A stretch of 61,578 bases of DNA, the filler included, from Kipferlia bialata (Eukaryota): assembly GCA_003568945.1 (NCBI GenBank). It is 2 parts of 2 records of this genome, joined end to end, with 100 filler letters (N's around TTAATTAATTAA, not from the genome) between each part and the next. Parts side by side here need not be neighbours in the genome. Positions count along the whole stretch, not along the records: positions 1 to 30,759 come from BDIP01000119.1; 1 more part is not named here. One strand, written 5' to 3'. Under the pieces are notes generated by a model. It saw nothing but the letters and a program-made list of their open reading frames with translations. It was not told the DNA's origin and did no database searches. The stretch's first letter is position 1; each line of letters opens with the position of its first letter. Below are positions 1 through 12,071 of the stretch, piece after piece. The position numbers and the translations under genes were made by a program.

Positions 1-11
1 AAGTGAGTATG

Positions 12-55
<44 letters not shown>

Positions 56-60
56 CTCAC

Positions 61-213
61 CCCAGGGAGCAGCGCAAGGCCGGCAACAGGGATGCTGTCT
101 GTTCCAAGTGCGGCTGTGGAGGCTGCGCCAGCGGAGGCTAAGTAGCCACCCGTCTGTTGGGGTATATTTTTACAACCCCGACGTTTTATGAGCGCGTGTC
201 TCGCTTGAGGCAT
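61..213 (-). CDS. Probable first exon of a gene continuing beyond the left edge; product unknown
   Basis: ATG at 213-211 opens 51 stop-free codons (MPQARHALIKRRG...LALLPG) ending exactly at a GTGAGT donor, followed by an (AG)n intron. Confidence 0.5.
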
Positions 214-604
214 GGGCTCGGTGTATTTTGTGTCAATAGATGTTTTGCAACCGGTTCCAACAGTATTATCGATAAACAACAGGTCTGACGAGTACGATTA
301 CTATGTCTACACTAGTTGTGGAGATACATGTTGGGTACATGTCAAAGTAAACAACATGCTTGAAACACATTGAACACTATTAATCCATATTTATACAACA
401 ACCACACACCCAGCGCATACACTCTATGCACACACTATGATACATACAATTGGGTGGTGGTGCTTACACACATACACATCTCGGCAGAGAGTGACACGAA
501 AGGGTAACCAGCACTCTAAAGGAGAGCACTACCTCAAGCTCTAAAGAGTGACATTCAGTCAACCACAGACTGCGAGAGAGAGAAGAGATAGAGAGTCACG
601 GTGT

Positions 605-1877
605 CTACACCATGCCGGCCCCCCCATCCTCCTCCTCCTCGTCCTCGGCATCACTCCACCCTCCATCGGTGCCCCAGCCCTCGACAGAGTCGGCGTCATC
701 CACAAACTCCTCAACTGGTGGGTGAGAGGACATAGAGATAGACAGACAAATAGAGTATTATACTTGCGTACCGTCAGAGACCGCCTCTATGCTATCCTCC
801 ATGGCTGCATCCTCCTCTTCCTCCTCCGCCTTGGTCTCTGTCTCAACAGGGGTCTCAATGGCAGCAGACTCGGGGGTGTCCACCTCCTCCGTAGGGGCAG
901 GGACAGGGGTAGGGGCCTCCTCAACGACAAGGGTGGGCTGGGGGTCAGAGACCGTAAGAAGAAGGGAGAGACTCTCTCTCTATATATACATGCATATACA
1001 TCACATACCTCCTTCTCCTCCTCCTCCTTGGGGGCCTCTGCCACTGGCTCCACCTCAGCAGGGGTCTCCACAACCTCAGCCTCCTCCTCTGTCTCCTTCT
1101 GCACCTCAGGCACTGCCTCTCTCTCTGCCTCTGCCTCAGTCTCAGTCTCAGTGGGTGCAGGGGTGGGCTCCACAGGGGCCTCGGGGACAGGCACCTCCTC
1201 CTCCTCGGCCTCTGCAACAGGCTCAACAACAGCCTCTACCTCAGTCTCTGGGGCAGGTGTGGGCTCTGGGGCAGTCTCCACCTCAGGGGTAACCTCCTCC
1301 TCCTCCTGCTTAGGCTCCTCCTTGGCCTCGGGCACACTCTCCACAACAGGCTCAGGAGTAGGCTCGGGGACGGGCTCTGGCTCCATCTCATCCTCAGACA
1401 CAGCCTGGGGTGGGACAAGAGGAGAGTGTACGGAATGAGAGAGCGAGAGAGAGAGAGAGAGAGGCTGGCGCCCTACCTCGAATCCGTCCTCGTCCTCAAA
1501 GTCCTCCATCTCATCGAGGTCATCCTGGGGGTCAGGGGTAAATATACACATACTAATAAATACACACACATATATATATATATACATGATTCTCCATGGT
1601 ACAGATAGTACTAGTGTGTGCGTACCTCCTCCCATGTGCCGTCGTCTGACTCTGCATCATCAACATAGGCAGGGACAGCCTCCTGGATATGAGAGGAATA
1701 TATACATANNNNNNNNNNNNNNNNNNNNNNNNNNNNNNNNNNNNNNNNNNNNNNNNNNNNNNNNNNATATATTGATAGATAGAGAGAGAGAGACAAATAG
1801 ATATAGACATACAGCATCATCTACATAGGCAGGGACAGCCTCCTGGATATGAGAGGAATATATAGATAAATATGTTG

Positions 1878-1916
<39 letters not shown>

Positions 1917-2244
1917 CAGATATAGATATACAGCATCATCAACATAGGCAGGGACAGCCTCCTGGGGGTGAGGGAATAGACACAGACACAGACAGACGGA
2001 TAGATATGGAGAGCGGGAGAGAAAGCATGACGTCGTTATTACCTCAGCCTTCTTCTCCTCCTCCTTGACCTCCTCAGTCTTCTCCTCCTTCTCGTCGTCT
2101 GAGCCATCAAAGACATCCTGGATGTAAGGGAGGGGGAGAGGGAGAGAGGGAGGTAATCTACATGATGAAGACACCCACCTCCACTGCGTCGACCACCCTC
2201 TCCAGGAAGGATGGCTTGTCCTCCTCCAGGGCCTCGACCTACAC

Positions 2245-2288
<44 letters not shown>

Positions 2289-2576
2289 GGAAGGTGTGGG
2301 TTGCTAGGTGTGCTCACCTGCTTGACCTCGACAGCTGTCTCAACGGCTGTCTCCACAGGTGCAGTCTCAGTCTCAGCCTCAGCAGGGGTCTCCACCGCCT
2401 CTGCCTCCTCAGCGACAGGGGCCTCAGCCTCGGCCTCGGCCTCTGCCTGTACCTCATGCTCTACCTTCTCCTCCTCCTCTGGGGAGTAGTCATCGATGGA
2501 GGCAAGGGCAGTGCCCTGGGGTGAGTGGACAGTGCGTATAGTACTACTACTACTAAAGAGATAGGGGGAGTGGGTG

Positions 2577-2610
<34 letters not shown>

Positions 2611-4914
2611 CACTCACCTTCAGGTTGGGCAGGGGCAGGCCTCCGAAGAAGCCATGGGTGGGGGCGTCAGCCTCAGCCTCGATCCTAGGGGTGAGGGGAT
2701 ACATAATATTACTACTAGAGTACATATAATAGAGTATGGGCATGTACATAGCGTGTGTATGTACCTGGCCTGTCCCCTCAGCAGTGACACAATGACACCG
2801 GCCAGCTCGGCAGTCTCCCTGGGTGTCAGACAATACTTACAATATTTACAGAGATATAAGGCATGTCACAGAGAGAGTGTACACAATTGGGCACCTTCCA
2901 GTGAGGTCCTTGAGCCTGCACACCCTCTCCACCCATGTGGCCTCGGTGTCTGCCTCCTCCCCCTCCTCTGCCTCTCTGTCCTGTAGCATAGATGTGCACA
3001 GGGTGGCAATGGCCTTGGCAGTGGCCCTGGGGGGTGAGGCATACTATATGACATGAATAGAGAGGGGGGGGGGGTAGACTCATACCTGAGCATGGCGGCG
3101 GTGCTTGGCACTATGGTGTATGTCTCACAGGGCAGGGACATGGTGCCTGGGGGTTAGTAACACACCAACAGCAGAGACCGAGGGGATGGAGTGAATGGTC
3201 CCCTCACCTGCCTGGAGCCTAGCCCCGTACTTGGCCTCCATGGCCTTGTTACCAGCCACAACCTCATCGTATGGCCTCCACACGTCGTGTCTGGCAGTCT
3301 TGTCCCTGACAGCAGTGACGGCATCCCGCACAACCTGGGGGGGTCAGTATATATATCATATACAAATCATACATGTATAGGGTATATGGTATGGTGTAGT
3401 ACCTGGTGCAGCCCCCCGAACTGGGGCATGGTCTCCACAGCTGTGAGGGGGGGCAGGGGGGAGGTGGTGGGGAGGGTGTAGCCTGGAGGGTGAGTGACTG
3501 TGGATGTATCTACTACATATGAGTATATGACGTATACTTGTAGATATACATACCGATGAGCAGGTCCCTCAGCTTGAGAAGGGCCTTCTGCAGGGCCTCT
3601 GTGTACAGGACAGCATTGTGCAGCTGGTGCCTGCGCACCCTGAGGTCAGAGAGAGTATATGTACTAGAATATATATCTAAATATAATGTATTTAGAGTGA
3701 TATGCCCACTCACTTCTGTGTGGATGCTGGCAGAATGACCAGGTTCCTCTTGAGTGTCTTGAGAGTACGGTTGACAGAGGATATAGCACGGCACAGGGAG
3801 GGGCACACAGATCCAAAGACGGAGGAGGGCAGAACGGGCTCACCTGGAGTGGTCAGAAGGTATATAAAGAAATACTAATATATATGTATATATTAATATA
3901 TATGTGTGTGTGAGTGTGTATTTAGAAGAGCAGGGAGGGGGTGCACTTACCGACTGGGCAGGCCTTGACTGGGAATGGCTCTCCCTGTGTGTCCAGGATG
4001 TGTGCACACAGGGCAAGGAGGTCGGCAAGGGCGACAGAGACCTAGGAGGGTAAGACTGAGCATATGAATACATATATATATGTGTGTATGAGAGAGAGTG
4101 TGTACCTGTGGGAGGTCTGAGTCTGCCACTGCCACTGTCTGCCTCCCCGTCTCCTTGGCCATACTTCTGGCCACGGTGGTGCCAGCGGTGTCCTAGGGGG
4201 TCAGATACATACACTAGACACTATTGACAGTGAGGGATACGTGGTATATACTATGGACATTGTATATAAATATACCTGGCACACCCCCTGGTTGATGTGG
4301 TTGATATGTATGCCTAGTATATACACACATATATACACACACATATATAGTATATGTACAGTGCATATGTATACAAACCTGGTACACCCCCTGGTTGATG
4401 GCCGACTTCTTCTTCTTCATCCTAGAGGTGGGCACACCGGTGGCAGTGCCTGCGGTGAGAGAAAAGAACACATATCTGTGATAGACGTTGTATATATATG
4501 TGTGTCTGTGTGATACCTATGGCGTGGTGCCTGTGTCCCTGTGCAGCTGTGTCCTTCCTGACTAGGCCGGAGGGGGCACGGGACCCATCGCTCAGCCTCT
4601 GGCGCCTGTTGACCTGGAGAGTAAGTAGTCACAACATATACAGTAGTAATAATAATACTATATATGTGTATACTGTTCTATACCTGAGCAATGTGGACCT
4701 TCTCCCTGTCCCTCTGCTGCAGAAGCTCAATGGCAGCCTTCCTGGCCTGGGGGTGAGGGGGAGGCAGTTCTACCATGATGACATATCACACCATACATAT
4801 ATATATATATATACAATTATGTGTGTGTGTACTTATGTGACTGCACCCACCTTCTTCTGGTTCCTGGCATCCAGCTCCTCCTGCTCCCTCCTGGACAGCT
4901 TCTACAGTGAGACA

Positions 4915-4953
<39 letters not shown>

Positions 4954-5456
4954 TAGAATGGTCAACATATACCTTCTCCTTGTCTGGGAACATCTCCTTC
5001 TTGCGAAGGGTCTTCTGCAGGGGGGTGGAGGCCTAGGGGTAAGGGCAGGCACAGCATATAGTTGTTCAGAACCACTACACCCACCTTCGACCTCTCCATC
5101 CTCCTGGGGTCAACCTCCATGGCCCTCTCTAGGGCAGACAGAGACTCCTGCCTCATCTGGTGCATCCTGAGAGTCAGAGAGCGTGGGTTCGATTCCCGCT
5201 ATACACTACATATACGTACTTCTCGTGGTATGCGTTCATGTGGCGGCTCTCCCTCTCCTCCCTCTCCCTCCTGACAGTCTGTCTCTGGGTGTCACCCAGG
5301 GGGGTCACAAAGGTGTGTCTGAGGGTAAGAGTAGAGGGAGGGAGAGGGGGGGGGGTGAGATGAAATAGAAGAAGGCACTCTGGATATAGCGTGTATGTTG
5401 ACTGTTGACATGTTGGTCCATGATATATTATCTTGTGGAATTCCCTGGTTGTTCAT
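605..5456 (-). CDS. Multi-exon hypothetical protein (about 20 exons) with a charged/helical N-half and an E/P/A/V-rich low-complexity acidic C-half
   Basis: Chain of GT-AG bounded exons, e.g. RVRRHQLHNAVLYTEALQKALLKLRDLL, RDAVTAVRDKTARHDVWRPYDEVV, EAVPAYVDDAESDDGTWEE (1626-1682) and EPEPVPEPTPEPVVES. The last exon 714-605 ends EDEEEEDGGAGMV-TAG. The 5' end is not resolved; the ATG at 5456 is tentative. Confidence 0.7.
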
Positions 5457-5495
5457 CACCACTCGAGATTCCACTACACTTTTTGACAGTCAGTG

Positions 5496-7473
5496 ATGGC
5501 TTCCAACGCAGTTGCTGCAAAGCTTGCGGAACGCTATCCTGGTGTATTTCGCAACCGGCGCCTGGAGGATGAGGGGCTCTTTTTCCTTCAACAGGGTACA
5601 TTTGTGGCCCTCTACGTAGATGAACGCCAACTGACTGTGCACCCGTACCCATGCCGCATCCCAAAAGTGACTAGGCAGCTCAATAGCCTCCACCTGAGCG
5701 TCAAACACATGGTTAGGTTGATTGGTCAGGATAGCCTTCTCAACAACCTCTTCCAGGGAGATATTGAGGCACTCCCCGAATACCCACTCCCACCAGCTGG
5801 GTCAGGGCAGGTATTTGTGGGTGCTGTCGCTCCGACGACTGAGAACATGAGGTGTCCTAGTGTCCGCAACGTGTTCCTCTACCCCCCTGTGACCAGTGCT
5901 CGAATAGCCGATCTGGTAGCCTTTCCTGAGGATCGCTTCTTCCTACAGAGCCACCAGAGGAACGGCAAGACGACCCTACTAAAGGAGTTGGCCTACCGCT
6001 TGTGCCACGGGGGCGTCGAGGGTGTGACCGGCGTTGCCATCTACATCGAGTTCGAGGGTACCTCCAAGGCAGAGGGGAGGAAGCTGGTTGACAGTATTGT
6101 GCGTGGTGGTGGGTACGATGCAGTGCGTGCATATGCCCAGTGTCATCGGAGCCCATTGCTATTCGGGAGATTGGGTGGGGTGCCCCACCCCAAGGTCCTT
6201 GTGGCACAAGGACCTTGTGCAGTTCCTCAAGACTGTCTCGTCTCTCGCTACTTTCTACGGTATTCCGCTGTCTGCCCGCACAGGGAGAGGCTCCAGGGAG
6301 GCGACTGCTGGTGACTATGAGGCGCTGTTGAACAGTGTTGGCGTTATTTGGGAGTACAGTCCCGTCATGTGCGATAATGACCCTTCCACAGGTCTTCCCC
6401 CACTCTATATGCTGGTAGACGAGGCAGGCAAGCTGGTGGAGAAAGGCGAGAAGACCATCAAGAAGCGTTATGAGGGTGTGCTCTCCACCATCCTGCCCCA
6501 GTCCCGGCAGCTGGGCACCTTCGGGGGCGACAACACGCGTGTCATTGGCTGTGGCTGCACCGACCTCGCCACACTGGTCCAAGGCGTGCAGGGTCACACG
6601 TCAGGGCGGTCCAACTACATCCACTACGTCCCCCCCCTCGAGGAGGCAGAGCGTGGCGCTGGCGGGGCGTACGGCCTATTCTGTCATATCTGTCACTTGG
6701 CCGGCAAGAGCCCAGACGACCTCCTCGCTGACTACCTCGGGCTCCGGCTGCCCGAGGAGAATGAGGTGACCAGAGACGAAGCCGAGGGAGAGAGGAACGC
6801 GAGTGAGGGAGAGGGAGACCACGCCGGGCCCGATGCGGAGAGCGATGAAAGGGAGGGGGAGGGGGACAGGGGTGAGGCCATGAGTGACGTAAGTGGCTCG
6901 GACTACATAGACCCCGGTATCTACACCATCGAGAAGGGAAGGCGGTGTGTGTATGAGGTCACTGCGGGGGTCTCTGGTCTTGTACTGTCCTTTGCCGAAG
7001 GTGTCATCAACGGCGATAACACCATGGAGCGTTCACTGCGGACGATGGTTAAGAACTTTGTGAAGCGCTGCACTACCGAGACCAGGTCCTCTAAAGCATA
7101 TGAGCTGATTCTCAAGCATTTGGCAGGCATCAGCAACGATGAGGTTGTGCGTGGTGACTTTGCCAATGCTGGCATGCTACCTGGTGTGGATGAGCAGTAC
7201 AGGATCCCCTCTCCACTGGTCCGGGCCCTTGTAGGATACCTGGCAGAGAGTATCGATCAGGCACAGGAGTCAGCTGCCATTGACCACATTAGGGTGGTCA
7301 TGTGGGAGGCGGAAAGAGAGAACAACGTCGCCTTGGTTGGGTGGCTAGCTGAGATCCTTGCTCGCCGCTTCTTGGGGGGGAAGAGAGCACCGACTCTGAC
7401 ACAGGGACCTGTGGTGGTTTCTACCGTGGTGCCTCCAGTGGAGCCACGTCCAAAGCGAAAGGCGTTGAGCTGA
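5496..7473 (+). CDS. STAND/AAA-like P-loop NTPase, ~631 aa, join(5496..6112,6195..7473)
   Basis: Walker A-like FLQSHQRNGKTTLL, Walker B LYMLVDEAG, sensor-like strand VIGCGC, and a STAND GxP-like helix VYEVTAGVSGLV. The two overlapping ORFs join in frame through an 82-nt intron GTACGA...CCCCACCCCAAG (6113-6194). Confidence 0.75.
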
Positions 7474-7699
7474 TGATGTTCAACGAGTGGAAGGAACAGG
7501 TGACCTAAAGAAACACCCCGACATGATGGAGAGCATCGGGGCGGGTGCAGAGAGTATGGGGTACATGTAGGCCCCCCAGCACGTATCTATAGTATTTGCT
7601 CGTCGCCACAACAGGGAAGTGCGCACGTACTCACTGAAGTACATCACGGAACAATGGTGTATGAATGTCTTTGTCCGTGAGGGTCAATAAAACTATAGT

Positions 7700-9780
7700 C
7701 AGACTCATTCGCTAGCATTTGCAGATGTTCAAGGGAGGCGCTCACTGCACGTGCGTCCACAAATATGGATAATAGTAGTAGCAGGAGTGCTCTCGTGGTA
7801 ACCTACTACGACAGCACTGATCCAAGTGTCTTCCCACCGTCACTTGAGAAACTCTATAGCCTATAGACCATAGACTATAGGATACCCCAAGCCGCCATGT
7901 TCAAGTCTCCCTCAACAATCTCCAGAACGACAGCAATCACATGCGTGGGCCACTACTGCAAACGCTCTCAGAAGCACATGGATCACACTGACAACTCTAT
8001 TCTTGAATATTTGTTGTGGAACACTCTGCGTTACTGGAAGACTATAGTAAGCCTACCGAAGGATAGTGAAGGTATAGTATGCACCATCTTTGATCACACT
8101 CTTGACAAATCTGATGACCTGGTTGGTGAAGTATGAAAGGAGAACGTGTTACACGTTCAACGTGTTGGTCATTCTTCAAGTTGTGTACGTATACGAATAC
8201 CTACCCCTTCTTCTCCTTGGTAGATAGTGGTATCCACTTAGGTTCCTCCTCACCCGCAGCGTTTGTGGGTGTCTCTGAAGGTCAGGGGACTAAGTGTCTT
8301 CCTTACCAGGTGTTTATAGTGGGGGTCACACTCTTTCACGGTTTGTGGTTTCTTCAGTCAGAGTATCTTAGATGTCGAGAGTTATTGAAGTCCTCTGTCT
8401 CTCTTGATACATCCATCATAATAGGTCGCTGTCTAATCTTCTCTTTCCCTGGCATCACATCTATAGCCGAGGAACTGTTCATCATTGTGGTCTATAAAGG
8501 ACATAGCATTGTCGTTGAAACCTATCCTCTCAAACCACATTGCATGAATGTCATATCGTGTAGCCTCTTAATAGGTGTATAGTTCTTAGGTCTGGATGCT
8601 GTGGTACCTCTAGGGTGCAGTCCTCTCTTTACCAGCTACCTACTCAAGGTGAGGAGAGGTCTACCTGGGGATTCTTCTCTATGAACTTTAACATCTGCTA
8701 TGGCCTCTTGATGGGCCATCAATGATGGCACAGCTAAAGTAGGGTACGTTGTATATCTTAAAGTAGTGATCTTGGTATATACATACCTCTATACTCAGTC
8801 ATGAGCCTCACTCTCACGTGTGTGGAACTTGTGTAGATAGAGTTGGAGAAGGGAGAGCTGATTGTATATACTCTATAATAGAGTCTCAAAACTAGCCTTG
8901 TCCCAGTCGTATTGTATGAGCCTATTATAAGGGTAGGGATGGTATGCGGTCAGAGATGAAGATGGGGATGATATCAGCCGCAGGTTCTGTGATGATCAGC
9001 CAACCAGCTCTGGGTGGATAATAGACGCAGTATAGATATGTACCCTAGATCTTCTAGGTATGTGTCAGACTGACACTGTTAGTCAATATCAGTTTGGGTC
9101 ATCTGGGCCCCACTTGGCAGTGCCAGTGATTATCACTGACTCAGTGGTATCAGTTTCCCGCCTTCGTCTATTGAGAAATGTCACTTATGTTGCTCTAAGT
9201 TTTCTGTTAGGTCAGTTGCGACCAGTGCCTAGAAGGACCATTGCTTCAAGCAATTAATAGCATACGAAATCTCCAAGCAATGGATGATCCATTTTGGAAC
9301 ACACAGTGTCTGGTCTTCATGACTACACTTCTACACTGTAATCAATACACTCTAATGTGTTGGCAACACTGTTGGTAGTTCATAGAGAAGTTCTTTACGT
9401 CTGTGAAGGACAGTCTTCCATAACAGAGACAGATCTATATCCACCAAAGATGTACTTGAGTGATATGTTACTTAGTAAGCAGCTGTCATGAGGCATGGCC
9501 CCTGAGACCCACAGGGAGCCTCAGAGAAATGGTGTGTTCTGAGTCAGACCTATCGAACTACCTAACTAGCCGTTCCCACATAATGGAGGGTCTTCGATAT
9601 GATGCTGCACTGCCATTGTTGAAAGGAGCACTACTCAGGACAGAAAGCACTAACTTACGACTATATATTCATGTGACACCTCTCTTAGTGTTATTAAGGA
9701 CTCCTGCCTATCCTAAGTGGGATACATACCCCACCCATACAGATGGCCGCACACCAGTCCCAATGTCGTTGAGTGGGACT
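7700..9780. pseudogene. Decayed coding-like segment (gene, TE or viral relic of unknown family)
   Basis: About 2 kb of high-complexity sequence without the microsatellites typical of local non-coding DNA. Minus-strand frames give short protein-like runs broken by stops, e.g. YFTNQVIRFVKSVIKDGAYYTFTILR* and IDLSLLWKTVLHRRKELLYELPTVLPTH*. No diagnostic motif recognised. Confidence 0.3.
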
Positions 9781-9807
9781 ACACACTCTGCACCCACACC
9801 CATCTAT

Positions 9808-10929
9808 CTACCCCATGTTTGACACAATCTCGAACCACTGTCTCATCATGTCGGCCAGGACAGAGGGCAGATCGGCGATGTGGGGCAGCACTGTGAAGTA
9901 GGGGAAGGGGTAGTCGTCCAGGTAGCGCTTCTTGACAACCTGGCGGTTACTATTAGGCAATGCACAAACAGCATCACACTCGACACTCCACATATGTGCA
10001 CTGACACGCATATACATATATATATATAAATATGTATATACATGGCTGCGTACCTTGCCCCCTGTGAATGATACACTTGTGATGTCCCGGATGCTGCGTC
10101 TGGCGGCTGGCTTTCCATCAGCATTGAGGGGTGTGTTTTCCCCTGCCCCGTCCAGAATCAGTAGAACAGGCAGCTGTCTCCTAGGGGTCAGAGAGGTTAC
10201 AGATGCAAGGCACATACACCAGCATCCACCTCTGTATGTGTGTCTACACCCCACCCCACCTGTTGATGCAGTCTCTCTATCGTAACATGTAAGTAACATG
10301 TATCAATATGAGTGTATGTATACATATAGTATACTATACCACATCCCACCCCACCTGTTGATGCAGTCTCTGCACAGTGCCGCCACCCCCTGTCTGTCAC
10401 TCACCCTGCCGTCACTGATCACAAAGATGACCTGGGGTGGGGGACGGTGTACTAAATATATACACGCATAGTATACAAATAGGTCACATTAGTAGTAGGA
10501 TACTGATAGGTGACTTGCGGTGGGGCGGAGCTGAACAAGGAAGAAACATTCACACTAGTGGGACACTTACTATATAGAGATGGCATGGGGTGGACTGCAA
10601 CAGTAGGGAACGTAAATAGAGACACAACTGCCACTCAAACACTAGGCAAAGTGGTACTGAGAGACATGATGATATATGATATATGGTATATATGAGTGAT
10701 TGCAGGCTCTCACCTGCAGCAGCAACGATGATGAATGAATATGCTCTGTATAGTGATAGATCTCATGTGGATATGTGTGGATATACATCGTGTCACTGTA
10801 CCTGCAGCAGCTCGATGTCTGCCAGCACCCTCTGCTCTGTCAGTGCCTGGGAGACAGTGGACAGCAGCATCTTGTAGTCGGTGTTGGTGGACTCGAACCC
10901 AAAGGAGGACACGGCCCTGCAGTGAGGGG

Positions 10930-10963
<34 letters not shown>

Positions 10964-12071
10964 GAGAGAGAGGGAGAGAGAGAGAGGGAGAGAGAGACGC
11001 CGCACCTTCCGAGCACTGAGTCGGTCATGCCCTCGTTGAACTTGACCAGGGGCTGCACAGTGTCGCCAAAGCCATAGACACCCACGGTGGATATGTCCAG
11101 AAGCCTGGGGGGAGAGGATATGCATATAGTGACACATATGTACATATATACATGGGAGGCACGTGAACGCTCGCACATCCATATATAGGGAGGGTGACGG
11201 TATGCATATCTGCACGCATACATGGTGGTCTCTTGAGCTATGTACATATATATGTATATATACATACACATATATACACCATACCTCAGAGCTGTGCACA
11301 GGCCATGTACCTGTATATATATATACATATTAATATATATATATATATATACATATACCCCATACCTCAGAGCAGTGCACAGGGCCACCACGGCCTCCAG
11401 GGCAGGCTCGCCAGCTCCTAGGGGTGAGTAGCCATACAGTATATGTATACTATAGATATGACGGTGAGTGTCAGTGAGGATTGTTAAGGGCGCCTGAGAG
11501 CAAGAGCGAGATCGACGGAGCACACATATATAACAATCCACATTATGTACTATATCACTCTGACCACCCTCACCTCCTTCATCGAGACAGAGTACAGATA
11601 CAGCATATATATATATACACACTCTGATCATCTCTCTCCCACCTGCCTCCTTCATCGACAGAGAGTCATCGATGCAGACTGCAATCTGGTACTGCCTCTT
11701 CTCGGGCTTGTCTCTACGCATCCAGATCCTGAGAGTAAGATATGCAATATACTATCATTATACTATATATCACATTATTAATACATAGTATATACTATTC
11801 CCTGCCCATCCAAATGCTGAAGGGTGGGCATGGACTAGATTGGAGAGAGATATATATAGGAGGACATTGGATAAGACAGTGTATGGGAGATATCACACAT
11901 AGTATTGACCTTTTCAGTAACAGTACTACAATACTAGCACTATACACACCTGTCCTATATACATATATACATATATATACACCCACCTGTCCTTGCGGAA
12001 GTCACTGGCAATGTAGGATATGACCTTGCGCATGTTGAGTCTCTTGCCTGTCCTGTAGCCACCACTCATCC
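9808..12071 (-). other. MDN1: Midasin C-terminal MIDAS/VWA domain exons
   Basis: DxSxS motif IDDSLSM, FGFESTNTD, VIFVISDGR, and the conserved RQWFE terminus. Confidence 0.9.

Noticed and set aside
548..1438. 296-aa Ser/Gly/Thr-rich plus-strand ORF and other long antisense ORFs
   Set aside because: They are antisense shadows of E/P/A-rich minus-strand exons; the splice signals support the minus strand.
6034..6314. Overlapping ORFs suggesting a programmed frameshift or pseudogene
   Set aside because: A canonical 82-nt GT-AG intron (6113-6194) with the local C-rich acceptor restores the frame.
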